Virus record (IMG/VR): IMGVR_UViG_3300046786_000121
Location: 1 to 64,000 of that record
Origin: a virus
Length of the DNA stretch: 64,000 nt
Reading direction: 5' to 3' (one strand)
The notes below the pieces were generated by a model. The model did no database searches, was not told the DNA's origin, and saw only the letters and a list, made by a program, of their open reading frames with translations. Both the position numbers and the translations under genes were made by a program. Shown in pieces: positions 17,701-25,604 of the stretch; the first letter of the stretch is position 1, and each line of letters starts with the position of its first letter.

Positions 17701-20024
17701 CTACAGCATCTATCAGTGTAACAACAACATCCAAAGATAAGATTGATGCCACATACACTGCAAGAACAATGCCAAATACAGCATACTGGACTGATGTGTT
17801 ATGGGATGGTAGCAAGTTTGTTGCAATCGGACACGATAACTCTGCAGGTGCGTTCTCTGCAACAAGTACAGACGGCGATAGCTGGACTGCACGTACATTG
17901 CCGAACGTTTCTGGATTCTACACTTATACAGCAATTGCTTATAACGGTACAAATCAATACATTGCTGCAATCGCTGGCACACGCCATATTGCAACAAGTA
18001 CTAACGGAACAAGCTGGACTGGCACAACTAACGCTGTTGCAACAGCAGGCGATTGGTCTGATGCAGTCTACGGTGGCGGAAAGTATGTATTTGTTAGCGG
18101 TTCGCAAAACAGAACAATGTACTCTACCGATGGCGTAACATGGATTAACGGTACAATTTCTGGATCTTATTCAGAATACACTGGAGTTGCCTACGGTCAA
18201 CCAGCTGCTACTGCTTACTATGTTGTTGTAACAGGTAGCACATCAACAAGTCAAGGTGCAGCTTACTCTACAGACGGTATTACATGGACAGCCGGTAACA
18301 CATTGCCAAGTGCAGATTACTGGAGTTCTGTAGCCTACGGTGGTGGTAGATTCGTAACTGTTGCTGGTAACACTGGTGCAGGAACATCTACAAAGGCAGC
18401 TTATAGCTCGAACGGAACAACATGGTCCGCAGCTACAATGCCAGGAGCAGCAGCTCGCTGGATTAAAGTAGTCTACGGCGGCGGTGGATTCACAGCATTT
18501 GCATATAACAGCAATAGAACTGCTTACTCAGCAGACGGTATTACTTGGGTTGAAGGTCCAACACTTTCATCCACAACTAACTGGTTTGCAGCAGCATATG
18601 GTAATAGCAAGAACGTTGCAATTGCAACAGGCGGAACTCCAGTTGCTGCTAGCGGAACATTTATTCTAAATACAAACTATCTAACAACAGCAAGTACAGC
18701 TTCGTTGAATGTTAACGATAGAATTAGATTTACTGGAACACGTTTCGGCGGTGTTGCTGATAGCACATATTACTTTGTTAAGAGTATTCCAAGCGCAACA
18801 GAGTTTACACTTTCTACATCTGCAGGTGGAAGCACCTTAGTACTAAGTACAGGAAGTGGCACAATGCCAGCGTTAGGAAGTAAGAGCTTCTCAGCTTCGG
18901 CACTTGGTAACTATCAAGGTTCTCCACGTTGGGTAGCAATAGCAACTAACAGCCAGGCAGCTCAGAATATTGTACAAGGTGCAAAAACAAGAGCTCGTGC
19001 TTATGTTAGTTCGAACCAAATTACAGAAATTTGGATTCACGAACCAGGTTCGGGATATTCATCTGCTCCAACTATGACAATCACTGATCCTAACAATACT
19101 GGTGCAGATGCAACTACACAAGTAAGATTAGGTAATGGTGCAATTGCACAACCAATGTTCACAAACAGAGGTGCTAACTATTCAGCAGCGGCTGCTGATA
19201 TTACCGGTGACGGATATGCAGATAACTATCAAGTTAGTGCATATGTTGGATTCAAGAATCTAACAGGTATTCCAAAAGCTGGTTCTAACGTACAACTTGC
19301 AGGAATCGACGATGTATGGTATAGATTGGTTAACGTAACTAACTTGTTACCAAACCAAGATGGTACATACAATGCTACATTGCAGATCAGTCCAGCACTA
19401 GGCGCAGCAGAAGCACCAGAGCATGAAACTGCTACAACAATTAGACGCAGATATAGTCAGGTTCGTTTAACCGGACATGACTTATTAGATATCGGTACAG
19501 GTGACTATGTTACTTCTAACTATCCAGGATTGCCGTTAACAGATCCAATTCCTGCTCAAGAGTATAAACAATCCAATGGTGGTCGTGTGTTCTACACAAG
19601 TACTGACCAAGATGGTAACTTTAGAGTTGGTGGACTGTTCAACGTTGAGCAATCAACTGGTGTTGCAACATTGAATGCTGACGCTTTCAACATTGCAGGT
19701 TTGAACGAGTTGAGTCTAGGTTCTGTTGCATTGGGCGGCGCAGGTGCTACGATTACTGAATTCAGTACAGATCCATTCTTTACACAGGATTCAGATAGCG
19801 TTATTCCTACGCAACGTGCGATTAAAGCGTACATTACCAGCCAAATTGGTGGAGGTGGTTCTAGTTTGAACGTAAATACCCTCACTGCCGGTGTGATTTA
19901 TGTCGCTGGGCAGACAATTGCTACAACTACAAATGTACAAATTAACATAAATACAAAGGTAAACTTCAAGGGCGGCATTGCTGGTGATGCACTTGTATTA
20001 AATTACTTTTTACTAAACAATTGA
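11772..20024 (+). CDS. Giant modular fibre protein, paralog of 6250..11709 with extra helical repeats and a second propeller
   Basis: 2750 aa; same MAEFKLGR start, 8 CBM-like repeats, 4 C-x-(R/N)-D helical repeats, two YS.DG.TW propellers, shared C-terminal GRVFYTSTDQDGNFRVG. Confidence 0.75.
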   Translation: MAEFKLGRIKFVWKNNWVTGQTYYKDDIVAYGGRTYLCVVGHTAAGDFYTDLDNVPTKWNQFSDGQAWKGDWTGTTLYKENDIVKYGGYVYICNNGHTSSATLEVNQDDWDLFAESFDWKTNWATGTTYKVNDLVKYGGLVYLCKTAHTSAATASLGLELDQSKWDLFSKGVDWKGTWGSTTRYKVGDLVKYGGVTYVANAGHNSQTYLEDDQSKWDYFNQGIEFQGTWTGTTRYKINDVVKNGGGTYICTANHTATTSFVSDYSNWAQFVEGVEFEGDWTSGNTYQPGDVVRYGGNSYIAKNAHVAGSTPPATPFDWDLFTTGFRLQGDWSSVVTYKVGEIVRNKGFTYVAISDSTNQKPPSAAWSLLNQGIDWEGNWTAASTYVLGDAVKYGPNSYICVQAHTATTGSDRPDNDITGTYWNLLTAGNEESVLTTNGDLVYYSGSGPTRLPIGDEGQVLTVESGLPTWKYFGKVKNVFYVAPHGTNTPAPTYGSTIDKPWASVRYACEQIENGTEYPNAAYLLKQNRTFIQREIYEWVTWNIANPSGIWTGFVNDNGAYCQRDMGLIVDAIIHDLTHTGNVKIIEATQTYFNAAGTALITAMQDEGPQLVAAVNYGVSLINSVLNNTAPASNYQTLNGIGSPTKQIIDSNYTAETDAADVCETLAAILTDAVTATTTVGLPTLDLPNYTINIKTGQYYEVLPIRVPANTAIVGDELRSARVSPRGKVVPTNDKAKTIATLTRLQSITDEIITNTSVTPTSGNTATQYTSLQKAGSTGSSTAVSSVVANAAEIKDIVTNGLGSADAYVYPDPTGYDTGYSNARRLILANKAFLVSEVSAWINAQISGNISPFVGFTYSGTRQTKCERDVGYIVDALVYDLTYGGNLATQIAARSYYSYGVFVEPTAEKAPALAVQARIKDIIDNIATGNTAGWTKTTGLSQDVSGTPGSAGAASFAQARIQEMYDTIDTGTEPTTIAPSTAWVAAALVTAKSYLDAAKTTVQSDAVQYIKREYPTLNFNTTTCSRDVGYMVDALGYDLMFGSNFLSIQSGMAYYRGLESTGIVLASQKTETIAIIDFISKKASYAVASGAVVQADNLWTDIINYANTGTRPIIVGTNTPTTDVDIINGGKILELNKEFMVAEATAYIANTFKATVTASTGATDTFTCGSQTWMVAGDAVVFTGTTFGGVNTTTTYYVLASGLTATTFKVSTSLDSTTPVDLSTATGTMTVKYSYNQASCENDVRHYVEAISYDLMYTGNYQSVTAARFYRNALTGSKLEDFYLVRNGCGVRNQTLTGLDGTSDGDTTGAGDADGLTVANEYGTQRPLAGSYVSLDPGWGPNDNRVWVTTRSTYVQNVTTFGTSCVGQKIDGSLHAGGQDSIVSNDFTQVLSNGIGAWITNLGRAELVSVFTYYNHIGYLAENGGKIRATNGNNSYGTFGSVSEGIDVTETAITGQINNRNTEADVRHVITNGSNVLLYEFGNAGSEYASATFTTSGSGTGVATVANEFRDGAVFQVRLTDPGDSSGPGGTGYVTAANLAQAGNTTQITLAAADTASSTAYVGMSIYVVSGTGAGQYGYINTYNSGSKIATVYKESTGTAGWDHVVPGTAIASALDVTSSYEITPRLSFTAPGFTKSLADMTVSAGWSSVVYGDGYGVYTGLSATGGSGSLATFNVTRRNGVYTVSILAGGALYTTGNTLTIVGTSLGGTTPANDLTITVGTVSTPSGAIQTISSSGTAVTPKYVAVANGSSTGAYSLDGITWTTMTMPTASGDKWVAVTYGVYNSIGRYVAIAKDTAVAGYSLDGITWSTASAGQSADWADITYGNGTFVAVATTTYRTVSNDGGATWAAGSVMSGANYVAYGGTRFVAIAPGLTNSAAYSTAGTSWTTVTLPSNDDSTTSSWKGLAYGNGRFVAISDNSGMAAYSLDGATWTKSNLPGIYEWSSIGYGQGLFYATTLGDIAASSPDGVTWTVRDGSTASISVTTTSKDKIDATYTARTMPNTAYWTDVLWDGSKFVAIGHDNSAGAFSATSTDGDSWTARTLPNVSGFYTYTAIAYNGTNQYIAAIAGTRHIATSTNGTSWTGTTNAVATAGDWSDAVYGGGKYVFVSGSQNRTMYSTDGVTWINGTISGSYSEYTGVAYGQPAATAYYVVVTGSTSTSQGAAYSTDGITWTAGNTLPSADYWSSVAYGGGRFVTVAGNTGAGTSTKAAYSSNGTTWSAATMPGAAARWIKVVYGGGGFTAFAYNSNRTAYSADGITWVEGPTLSSTTNWFAAAYGNSKNVAIATGGTPVAASGTFILNTNYLTTASTASLNVNDRIRFTGTRFGGVADSTYYFVKSIPSATEFTLSTSAGGSTLVLSTGSGTMPALGSKSFSASALGNYQGSPRWVAIATNSQAAQNIVQGAKTRARAYVSSNQITEIWIHEPGSGYSSAPTMTITDPNNTGADATTQVRLGNGAIAQPMFTNRGANYSAAAADITGDGYADNYQVSAYVGFKNLTGIPKAGSNVQLAGIDDVWYRLVNVTNLLPNQDGTYNATLQISPALGAAEAPEHETATTIRRRYSQVRLTGHDLLDIGTGDYVTSNYPGLPLTDPIPAQEYKQSNGGRVFYTSTDQDGNFRVGGLFNVEQSTGVATLNADAFNIAGLNELSLGSVALGGAGATITEFSTDPFFTQDSDSVIPTQRAIKAYITSQIGGGGSSLNVNTLTAGVIYVAGQTIATTTNVQININTKVNFKGGIAGDALVLNYFLLNN
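11805..13050 (+). repeat. 8 tandem CBM5/12-like repeats
   Basis: Eight W.G.W...Y...D.V.YGG..Y.C...H units. Confidence 0.65.
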
Positions 20025-20038
20025 TGGAGAAAAGATAA

Positions 20039-20359
20039 ATGGCAACAGGATTATTAGGTCAAGCGGCCTTAACAGCAGCAACATATACCACCGTTTATAC
20101 CGTTCCAGTAACTACTTTTACCGTGATGTCTATTTCTGTGTGCAACAGAGGTACAACAACAGCAACGGTAAGAGTAGCACTAGCAGCGTCCGCAACCCCA
20201 ACTAATGCAGAATTCATTGAATATGATGCACCGATTGGATCGAATGGCGTTCTAGAAAGAACCGGTATTATGATGAATGCGGGTAAACTTTTAGTTGTCT
20301 ATACAAATAGTGCTAACGTATCTGTTAGCGCATTTGGTATAGAAACTTCTACAATATAA
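20039..20359 (+). CDS. Small virion adaptor-like protein
   Basis: 106 aa; ISVCNRG / IEYDAPI / TGIMM / VSVSAFGIE pattern. Confidence 0.55.
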   Translation: MATGLLGQAALTAATYTTVYTVPVTTFTVMSISVCNRGTTTATVRVALAASATPTNAEFIEYDAPIGSNGVLERTGIMMNAGKLLVVYTNSANVSVSAFGIETSTI

Positions 20360-20373
20360 GGGAGTAGATAAAA

Positions 20374-20700
20374 ATGGGAAGACAAGTATCATCCTTCGGA
20401 ACTGATAGTGTAACAAATAGAACGCTAACAACCAGTACAACAATTAATGCCGGCGAAAGAATTTTCGCTGACACAACTGCTGGAGCATTCACAATTACAT
20501 TACCAGCCAGTCCAGTAGCAGGTGACACTGTTCAAATTATTGACGTGGCAGGAATTTTTTCCACTAACAACGTAACAATTGGTAGAAATGGAAGCAAAAT
20601 TCAAAACTTGAGCGAAGACTTAATTTTGAATTTGAATAACGCTGCAATCACAATGATTTTTAGCGGTGCAACTTACGGCTGGGTCTTTGTTGGGCCTTAA
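20374..20700 (+). CDS. Tail-fibre domain protein (T4 gp34-type repeat)
   Basis: 108 aa; DTTAGAFTITLPASP.AGD.V.IID..G.F.TNNVTI.RNG...GW motif of T4-like long-fibre repeats. Confidence 0.6.
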   Translation: MGRQVSSFGTDSVTNRTLTTSTTINAGERIFADTTAGAFTITLPASPVAGDTVQIIDVAGIFSTNNVTIGRNGSKIQNLSEDLILNLNNAAITMIFSGATYGWVFVGP

Positions 20701-20713
20701 TTAGGAATATAAA

Positions 20714-21736
20714 ATGGCGAAACTTTCTGATCTACTATCCACTAGAGAGATCACCGCTTATCAGGAAAACTTACAAAAAGGTAAGATTTACACTGTTACG
20801 GGCATGGCAGGTATGTATGCTTGTATCAGATCCGACTCACAATGGTGTTGGAATTCACCGGGATGTGGAATAGCAGTGATAGAAACGTGGGGAGCCTCGG
20901 GTACAGGCTCTTGTAACTGTTGTTGCGGAGCTGGTCTCCCAGGCAACACAGGTGCATACTCAAAGAAAACAATTGCAGTAACACCTTGCAGTAACGTATT
21001 TGGACGTCCAGGCGTTGCATGTAACGGCTCAGGTCCAGGATTTTCCTTTGCAGGATGTTCCGAAGGCACCTGCGTTGTATGGCAAGATGCCAGAGACTTG
21101 CAGGGAAATACCAACGGTTGTATATGTTCACAAGGCGGTGCAGCAGGTAAATCTTGCTGTTTCGACGGTGGCAGTCCATACTGCTGCTTTGCTCTTGCTG
21201 GCTACTGTGCTACATTAATCTGTAACTGCTGCGGTATTATTTGTAATCATTGCCCTGGATTATTCTGGGCATGCGGCTACGGCGGCGACATTAACTGCTG
21301 CGGATGCTTCGGTAAAATGGAATTTAGAGGCGGACAACACATGTGTACATGTTACTTCGTTGAACTAGTACCATATGCACCACACGTCTTCTCAGAAGAA
21401 GGTGGTTGGTTGGCATTCCCGATTGAAAACGATCACGGCAATAGCAACTGGGCAGGAGCCGGAATGGGATCTGCTGCTCACGTATTAAATTCTACTTCTA
21501 AATCTCCTTCCGGTGGCCAACCATGGTCATCATGCTGGAGTGGATCTAGATTCTGTACATGTTACGAATCACATTCTTGTATGAATTTCATGCCATACGG
21601 TGTTGCAGGTACTGCGGCAACAGTATGTCCAGGTGTTAGAGACTCTGGTCGTCGAGGTGGTGCAGGTGCTATTAGAATTACATATAGAGGCACTAACGCA
21701 AACGGCGAAGTTCCACAAAGACTTGGAGACTTTTAA
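20714..21736 (+). CDS. Cys-rich glycine-rich-domain (gp38-adhesin-like) protein, paralog 1
   Basis: 340 aa, 34 Cys counted; IETWGASG ... GGAGAIRITY framing. Confidence 0.6.
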   Translation: MAKLSDLLSTREITAYQENLQKGKIYTVTGMAGMYACIRSDSQWCWNSPGCGIAVIETWGASGTGSCNCCCGAGLPGNTGAYSKKTIAVTPCSNVFGRPGVACNGSGPGFSFAGCSEGTCVVWQDARDLQGNTNGCICSQGGAAGKSCCFDGGSPYCCFALAGYCATLICNCCGIICNHCPGLFWACGYGGDINCCGCFGKMEFRGGQHMCTCYFVELVPYAPHVFSEEGGWLAFPIENDHGNSNWAGAGMGSAAHVLNSTSKSPSGGQPWSSCWSGSRFCTCYESHSCMNFMPYGVAGTAATVCPGVRDSGRRGGAGAIRITYRGTNANGEVPQRLGDF

Positions 21737-21738
21737 TT

Positions 21739-22938
21739 ATGGCATTATTAACACAATTACTGGGAAACAGAGAATTAGCTTGGGAAGACCAGTTAGAAAA
21801 AGGCCGTATTTGGGCTTATGGAGACGGAAACGAATACACACCATTGTGTAATGGTTTTTGTTTTAAGCCGCCTGGATGTGGAAAAGTAATTATTGAAATC
21901 TGGGGACCAGGCGGAAGTTCTGGACGCGGCTGCTGTTGCGGTAATGCTATGCCTAGTAATCCGGGCAGTTACACAAGAAAATGTATCTGCATGTGCCCAA
22001 CTAACTATATTTGTGGTTCGATCGGTCGTGCTTGCGGTGATACTCCTGCATATAGTAGAGGAGATACTGAACCAGTTCAAGTTTGTTGGACAGGTTGCGC
22101 TCCAAACCCATTATACGACGGTGGTTTAAATACTAGAGTTAGTTACAATTCATGGAAAGGAAATAATCCATGGGGTGTTGGCAACGGAGAAACACTAGGC
22201 GGAATCCAACAATGCGAAGCATTAGCTTGGAACAGACGTCCATCTGCAACTGGCGGTACAACTGCTATTTGTTGTGCGGCAGGCGCCCAATGCGGTTGTT
22301 TGTGCGCTCAAGGTGGTAAGTCTGGACAATTCTTATGTACAGACGGTGGTATGAGTACATTTAACTGTATGATGCAGTCTAGATATTGCTCAAAGACTAT
22401 CCATACTAGAAACGTATGTACACTATGGGCATGCGGTATTGTTTGTAACATTTGCGGTGATTCACAAATGCGTTATGACATGTGCGGCGTTAAATGTGCA
22501 TTCGGTGGTGATATGAACTGCTGCGGTTCATTCTCTTGCTTAAGAACATTCCAGTGCGCAAACAATAACCAAAGCTGTATGAATCAATACCAACAGGCAA
22601 CACCTGCAATGATGTATGCTACAGAAGGTGGTGTGTTTACATATCCGCATGATCACGATACTCCGGCATCACCAACATCAGGTGGTCCAGTTTTAGGTCA
22701 ATCATCTGGCTTACAAACACTATCTAGAGCTCCATCGCACATTCAAACAACATGGTGTTGGACTGGTGGTAGAGCATGTGGTTGTTACGAAATGTTTGGT
22801 TGCGTTCCTTGGGCTCCGGCAGGTATGGGCGGCTATCCAGCAAGTTCTTGCAGTGACGTTAGAGATCACGGTGGACGTGGTGGTATGGGCTTTGTAAGAA
22901 TCAAATATGTACCAACAGACGGAGGCAATACGTACTAA
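21739..22938 (+). CDS. Cys-rich glycine-rich-domain protein, paralog 2
   Basis: 399 aa, 38 Cys counted; IEIWGPGG ... GGMGFVRIKY. Confidence 0.6.
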   Translation: MALLTQLLGNRELAWEDQLEKGRIWAYGDGNEYTPLCNGFCFKPPGCGKVIIEIWGPGGSSGRGCCCGNAMPSNPGSYTRKCICMCPTNYICGSIGRACGDTPAYSRGDTEPVQVCWTGCAPNPLYDGGLNTRVSYNSWKGNNPWGVGNGETLGGIQQCEALAWNRRPSATGGTTAICCAAGAQCGCLCAQGGKSGQFLCTDGGMSTFNCMMQSRYCSKTIHTRNVCTLWACGIVCNICGDSQMRYDMCGVKCAFGGDMNCCGSFSCLRTFQCANNNQSCMNQYQQATPAMMYATEGGVFTYPHDHDTPASPTSGGPVLGQSSGLQTLSRAPSHIQTTWCWTGGRACGCYEMFGCVPWAPAGMGGYPASSCSDVRDHGGRGGMGFVRIKYVPTDGGNTY

Positions 22939-22939
22939 T

Positions 22940-23941
22940 ATGGCTAACTTAAAAACATTAGTTGAAACTAAACTCAACCAAATCGATACAGATGAGATCG
23001 GTTTAGAAAAAGGACAAATTACTACATTTGTCCCCTCAGGTTCTGCAGGTACACAATTTTATCCAAGCGGTATATTTTGTTGGGTTGCTCCAGGCACCGG
23101 TAAGGTAATTATCGATGTTTGGGGTGCAGGCGGTTCAAGTCCTTCTATTCGCTGCTGCGGTGTAGGACTTCCTGGCAATCCAGGTGCCTGGGCACGTAAA
23201 TGTATTTGCGTTGTAGCAGGTTGTCAAATCTGCGGACAAGTAGGTATAAGTTGTGGTAACCCAGAAACATTCTGTTTCAAAGGATGTTCTGAACCAACAC
23301 AAGTTTGCTGGACAGGTAAAAACAAAGACACAGGAGCTGCTGCAAACGGTTGTATTTGTGCTCAAGGCGGCCGCGGAGGTACAGCATATTGTGCTCCTGG
23401 TTCTGCTGCGGTATTCTGCTGTTTCCAAAGCGGTAACTTCTGTGTTACTGCATTGTCGAACGGTACTTGCGGTATTGTTTGTAACTACGGTAGCGGTACA
23501 GGATCATGCTGTGCAGAAGCATATGGTGGAGACATTAACAAGCGTGGTGGATTTAGCTGTGCTACATTCTGGACTTGCTACTCTAACTGCCCTTGTTCAA
23601 CACAAGCTCACGTTGCTATTCCTCCGGGCTTATTTGCTTGTGATGGTGCTGTAGTAACACACGGGTTTGAAGGTGATAGTGACTATTCACAGTGGAACGG
23701 ATCTGGATATCACCAGTTCATCTTCCAGTTAAATGCACTAAGTCGCACTCCTCTAAGAGGTCATCCATTAACTAGTTGCTGGGTTTCAAATAAATCATGT
23801 GGTTGCTATCAAATGCAAGCATGTATTCCGTTGTTCCCAACAGGAACTGGCGGCACAATGCCAACACCATGTGGCGATCACTGTAACTTTGGCTGGAGAG
23901 GCGGTTACGGTGCAGTTAGAATTAATTACATTCCGAGGTAA
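22940..23941 (+). CDS. Cys-rich glycine-rich-domain protein, paralog 3
   Basis: Start moved to ATG 22940 (MANLKTLV, matching the paralog N-termini). 333 aa, 32 Cys; IDVWGAGG ... GGYGAVRINY. Confidence 0.6.
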   Translation: MANLKTLVETKLNQIDTDEIGLEKGQITTFVPSGSAGTQFYPSGIFCWVAPGTGKVIIDVWGAGGSSPSIRCCGVGLPGNPGAWARKCICVVAGCQICGQVGISCGNPETFCFKGCSEPTQVCWTGKNKDTGAAANGCICAQGGRGGTAYCAPGSAAVFCCFQSGNFCVTALSNGTCGIVCNYGSGTGSCCAEAYGGDINKRGGFSCATFWTCYSNCPCSTQAHVAIPPGLFACDGAVVTHGFEGDSDYSQWNGSGYHQFIFQLNALSRTPLRGHPLTSCWVSNKSCGCYQMQACIPLFPTGTGGTMPTPCGDHCNFGWRGGYGAVRINYIPR

Positions 23942-23943
23942 AA

Positions 23944-24585
23944 ATGAAAAAGAAATTTGTACATCAATTACCGGATCAACCATATAAGCAATCTGCTAGT
24001 AAGAATATTACAGTAGAATGTGAATATGATGGTCCAAGATATTTGTTGTTAAGAATCAACGAAAAAACTGGTACAGTCTTAATGGCTGAACGCTATAGTA
24101 ATGATGAAGGTTTCTTAGAAACTACTATCGTTGACGACGGCGACGAGTTTGATTTCGTAGTATTAGATACAAACGATCATCCGTGGGAAGCAGCGTATAT
24201 TACGCATAGCTATACTCATGGTGAAGTTGCAGACTACGAAGAAACTCTACCAACAGGTGAAAAATATTCATATACATATCCAGACGGCACTGGCGTTATT
24301 GCAGCATGTCATGCGATTGAAGGATTAAAATATGATAAAAATTTAAAAGTTTATACTAAACCTAAGTTTTTAGTTCATCCAATTACTTCTGTTGATTTTT
24401 GGATTAGTAATGCTAATCAACTAGAGCAAATTGAAAGAGTTCTAGCTGGCGATCTTACTAACTTTACCGATGAAAGAATCACTGAAATTAGATCTTACAG
24501 AGATTATCTAGCAACTTTAAAAACGAAATACAACGGTGTTGATCACTGGAAGATTCCGTCTCCGAAGTATCCAGATCTAGGTTAA
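23944..24585 (+). CDS. Putative tail-fibre assembly chaperone
   Basis: 213 aa; C-terminal YRDYLATL...W.IP.P.YP resembles the YR..LRDLP...WP..P motif of phage tail assembly chaperones. Confidence 0.5.
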   Translation: MKKKFVHQLPDQPYKQSASKNITVECEYDGPRYLLLRINEKTGTVLMAERYSNDEGFLETTIVDDGDEFDFVVLDTNDHPWEAAYITHSYTHGEVADYEETLPTGEKYSYTYPDGTGVIAACHAIEGLKYDKNLKVYTKPKFLVHPITSVDFWISNANQLEQIERVLAGDLTNFTDERITEIRSYRDYLATLKTKYNGVDHWKIPSPKYPDLG

Positions 24586-24602
24586 TTCTTAATTTAACTC
24601 AG

Positions 24603-24656
24603 AATAGGCTTTGTGTTTATATCCGCGAGGATATATAGCAACACAAGGCCTATTTT
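24603..24656 (+). promoter_or_regulatory. Long bulged hairpin with GCGA tetraloop (attenuator, terminator or processing site)
   Basis: About 22-bp stem AATAGGCTTTGTGTTTATATCC / GGATATA-(TAGC)-AACACAAGGCCTATT, followed by a T-tract and the SD GGAG. Confidence 0.55.
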
Positions 24657-24668
24657 ATTGGAGTTTAA

Positions 24669-25604
24669 ATGACAAGATCTAAAGCGTTCTTTATTAACGG
24701 TGGAGCTGGCAGGATGATTTGCTCAATTCCTGCGTTTGAGAAATATGAAGAAGAATCCGGAGATAAGGATTTTATTATTGTATGCGAGGGTGGAACAGAT
24801 GTGTTCAAAGGTCACCCAAAGTTAGACCATAGAGTCTATGATATTTGGCACAAAAATTTGTTCCAAGAAAAGTTAAAAAACATGGATATTGTCACAACAG
24901 AACCTTACAGGATCTGGGAGTACTATACACAACAGTGCTCAATTGGACAAGCATTTGACATCCAACTAAACAATAAAGGTATTAGAGCACTACCTAAACC
25001 AACATTAAGTTTGTCAAAAGACGAATTATTAAATGGTAGATTTGTCATTAGTGAAGTTAAGAAAAAACTAAAAAAAGAAAAAGTTGTTGTGTTTCAACCA
25101 TTTGGCCGTGGTATTGAATACATTGACGAAACGCTTGTTGATAAGACTGGTAGAAGTTTTGAACTTAAAGATATTAAATCAATTATTAAAAAATTGCAAG
25201 ACAACGGTTATGCAGTTATCTTAATGAGTGAATTTAAAGTAGACTTGTCTGATGCCAAACTAAAAGACGAAGTAGCAACTCCTGAAAATACAAATATTAG
25301 AGTTTGGTCCGCAATTATCAAATATGCTGATCATTTCTTAGGCTGCGATAGTCTAGGACAACATCTTGCATATTCTGTAGGTACCCCAACAACAGTAGTA
25401 ACTGGAGCAACATATCCAATCAACGTAAGCTATCCTGATACAGAAGGTGTTGAAGTATTAGATATGGGTGAAGTTGATAGAGAATATAGTCCTATTAGAA
25501 TTACAATGGACGAACGCATCGACAGAAAGAATGAAAAATTAATGACGATGAATGAAGAGATAACTAAATTAATCGTAAATTACGTTTTAGGGAAAAAAGA
25601 ATGA
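24669..25604 (+). CDS. GT-B glycosyltransferase, GT9 (heptosyltransferase)-like
   Basis: 311 aa; GGAGRMICSIPA N-terminus, VVFQPFG, IIKYADHFLGCDSLGQHLAYSVGTPT matching GT9 FIG.DSG..HLA.A.G.P. Confidence 0.7.
   Translation: MTRSKAFFINGGAGRMICSIPAFEKYEEESGDKDFIIVCEGGTDVFKGHPKLDHRVYDIWHKNLFQEKLKNMDIVTTEPYRIWEYYTQQCSIGQAFDIQLNNKGIRALPKPTLSLSKDELLNGRFVISEVKKKLKKEKVVVFQPFGRGIEYIDETLVDKTGRSFELKDIKSIIKKLQDNGYAVILMSEFKVDLSDAKLKDEVATPENTNIRVWSAIIKYADHFLGCDSLGQHLAYSVGTPTTVVTGATYPINVSYPDTEGVEVLDMGEVDREYSPIRITMDERIDRKNEKLMTMNEEITKLIVNYVLGKKE

Noticed and set aside
13060-23941. Diversity-generating retroelement acting on fibre tips (the LTTNGDL...RLPIG segment recalls Mtd-type N-termini)
   Set aside because: No reverse transcriptase in the window, and I saw no template/variable repeat pair differing only at adenines.
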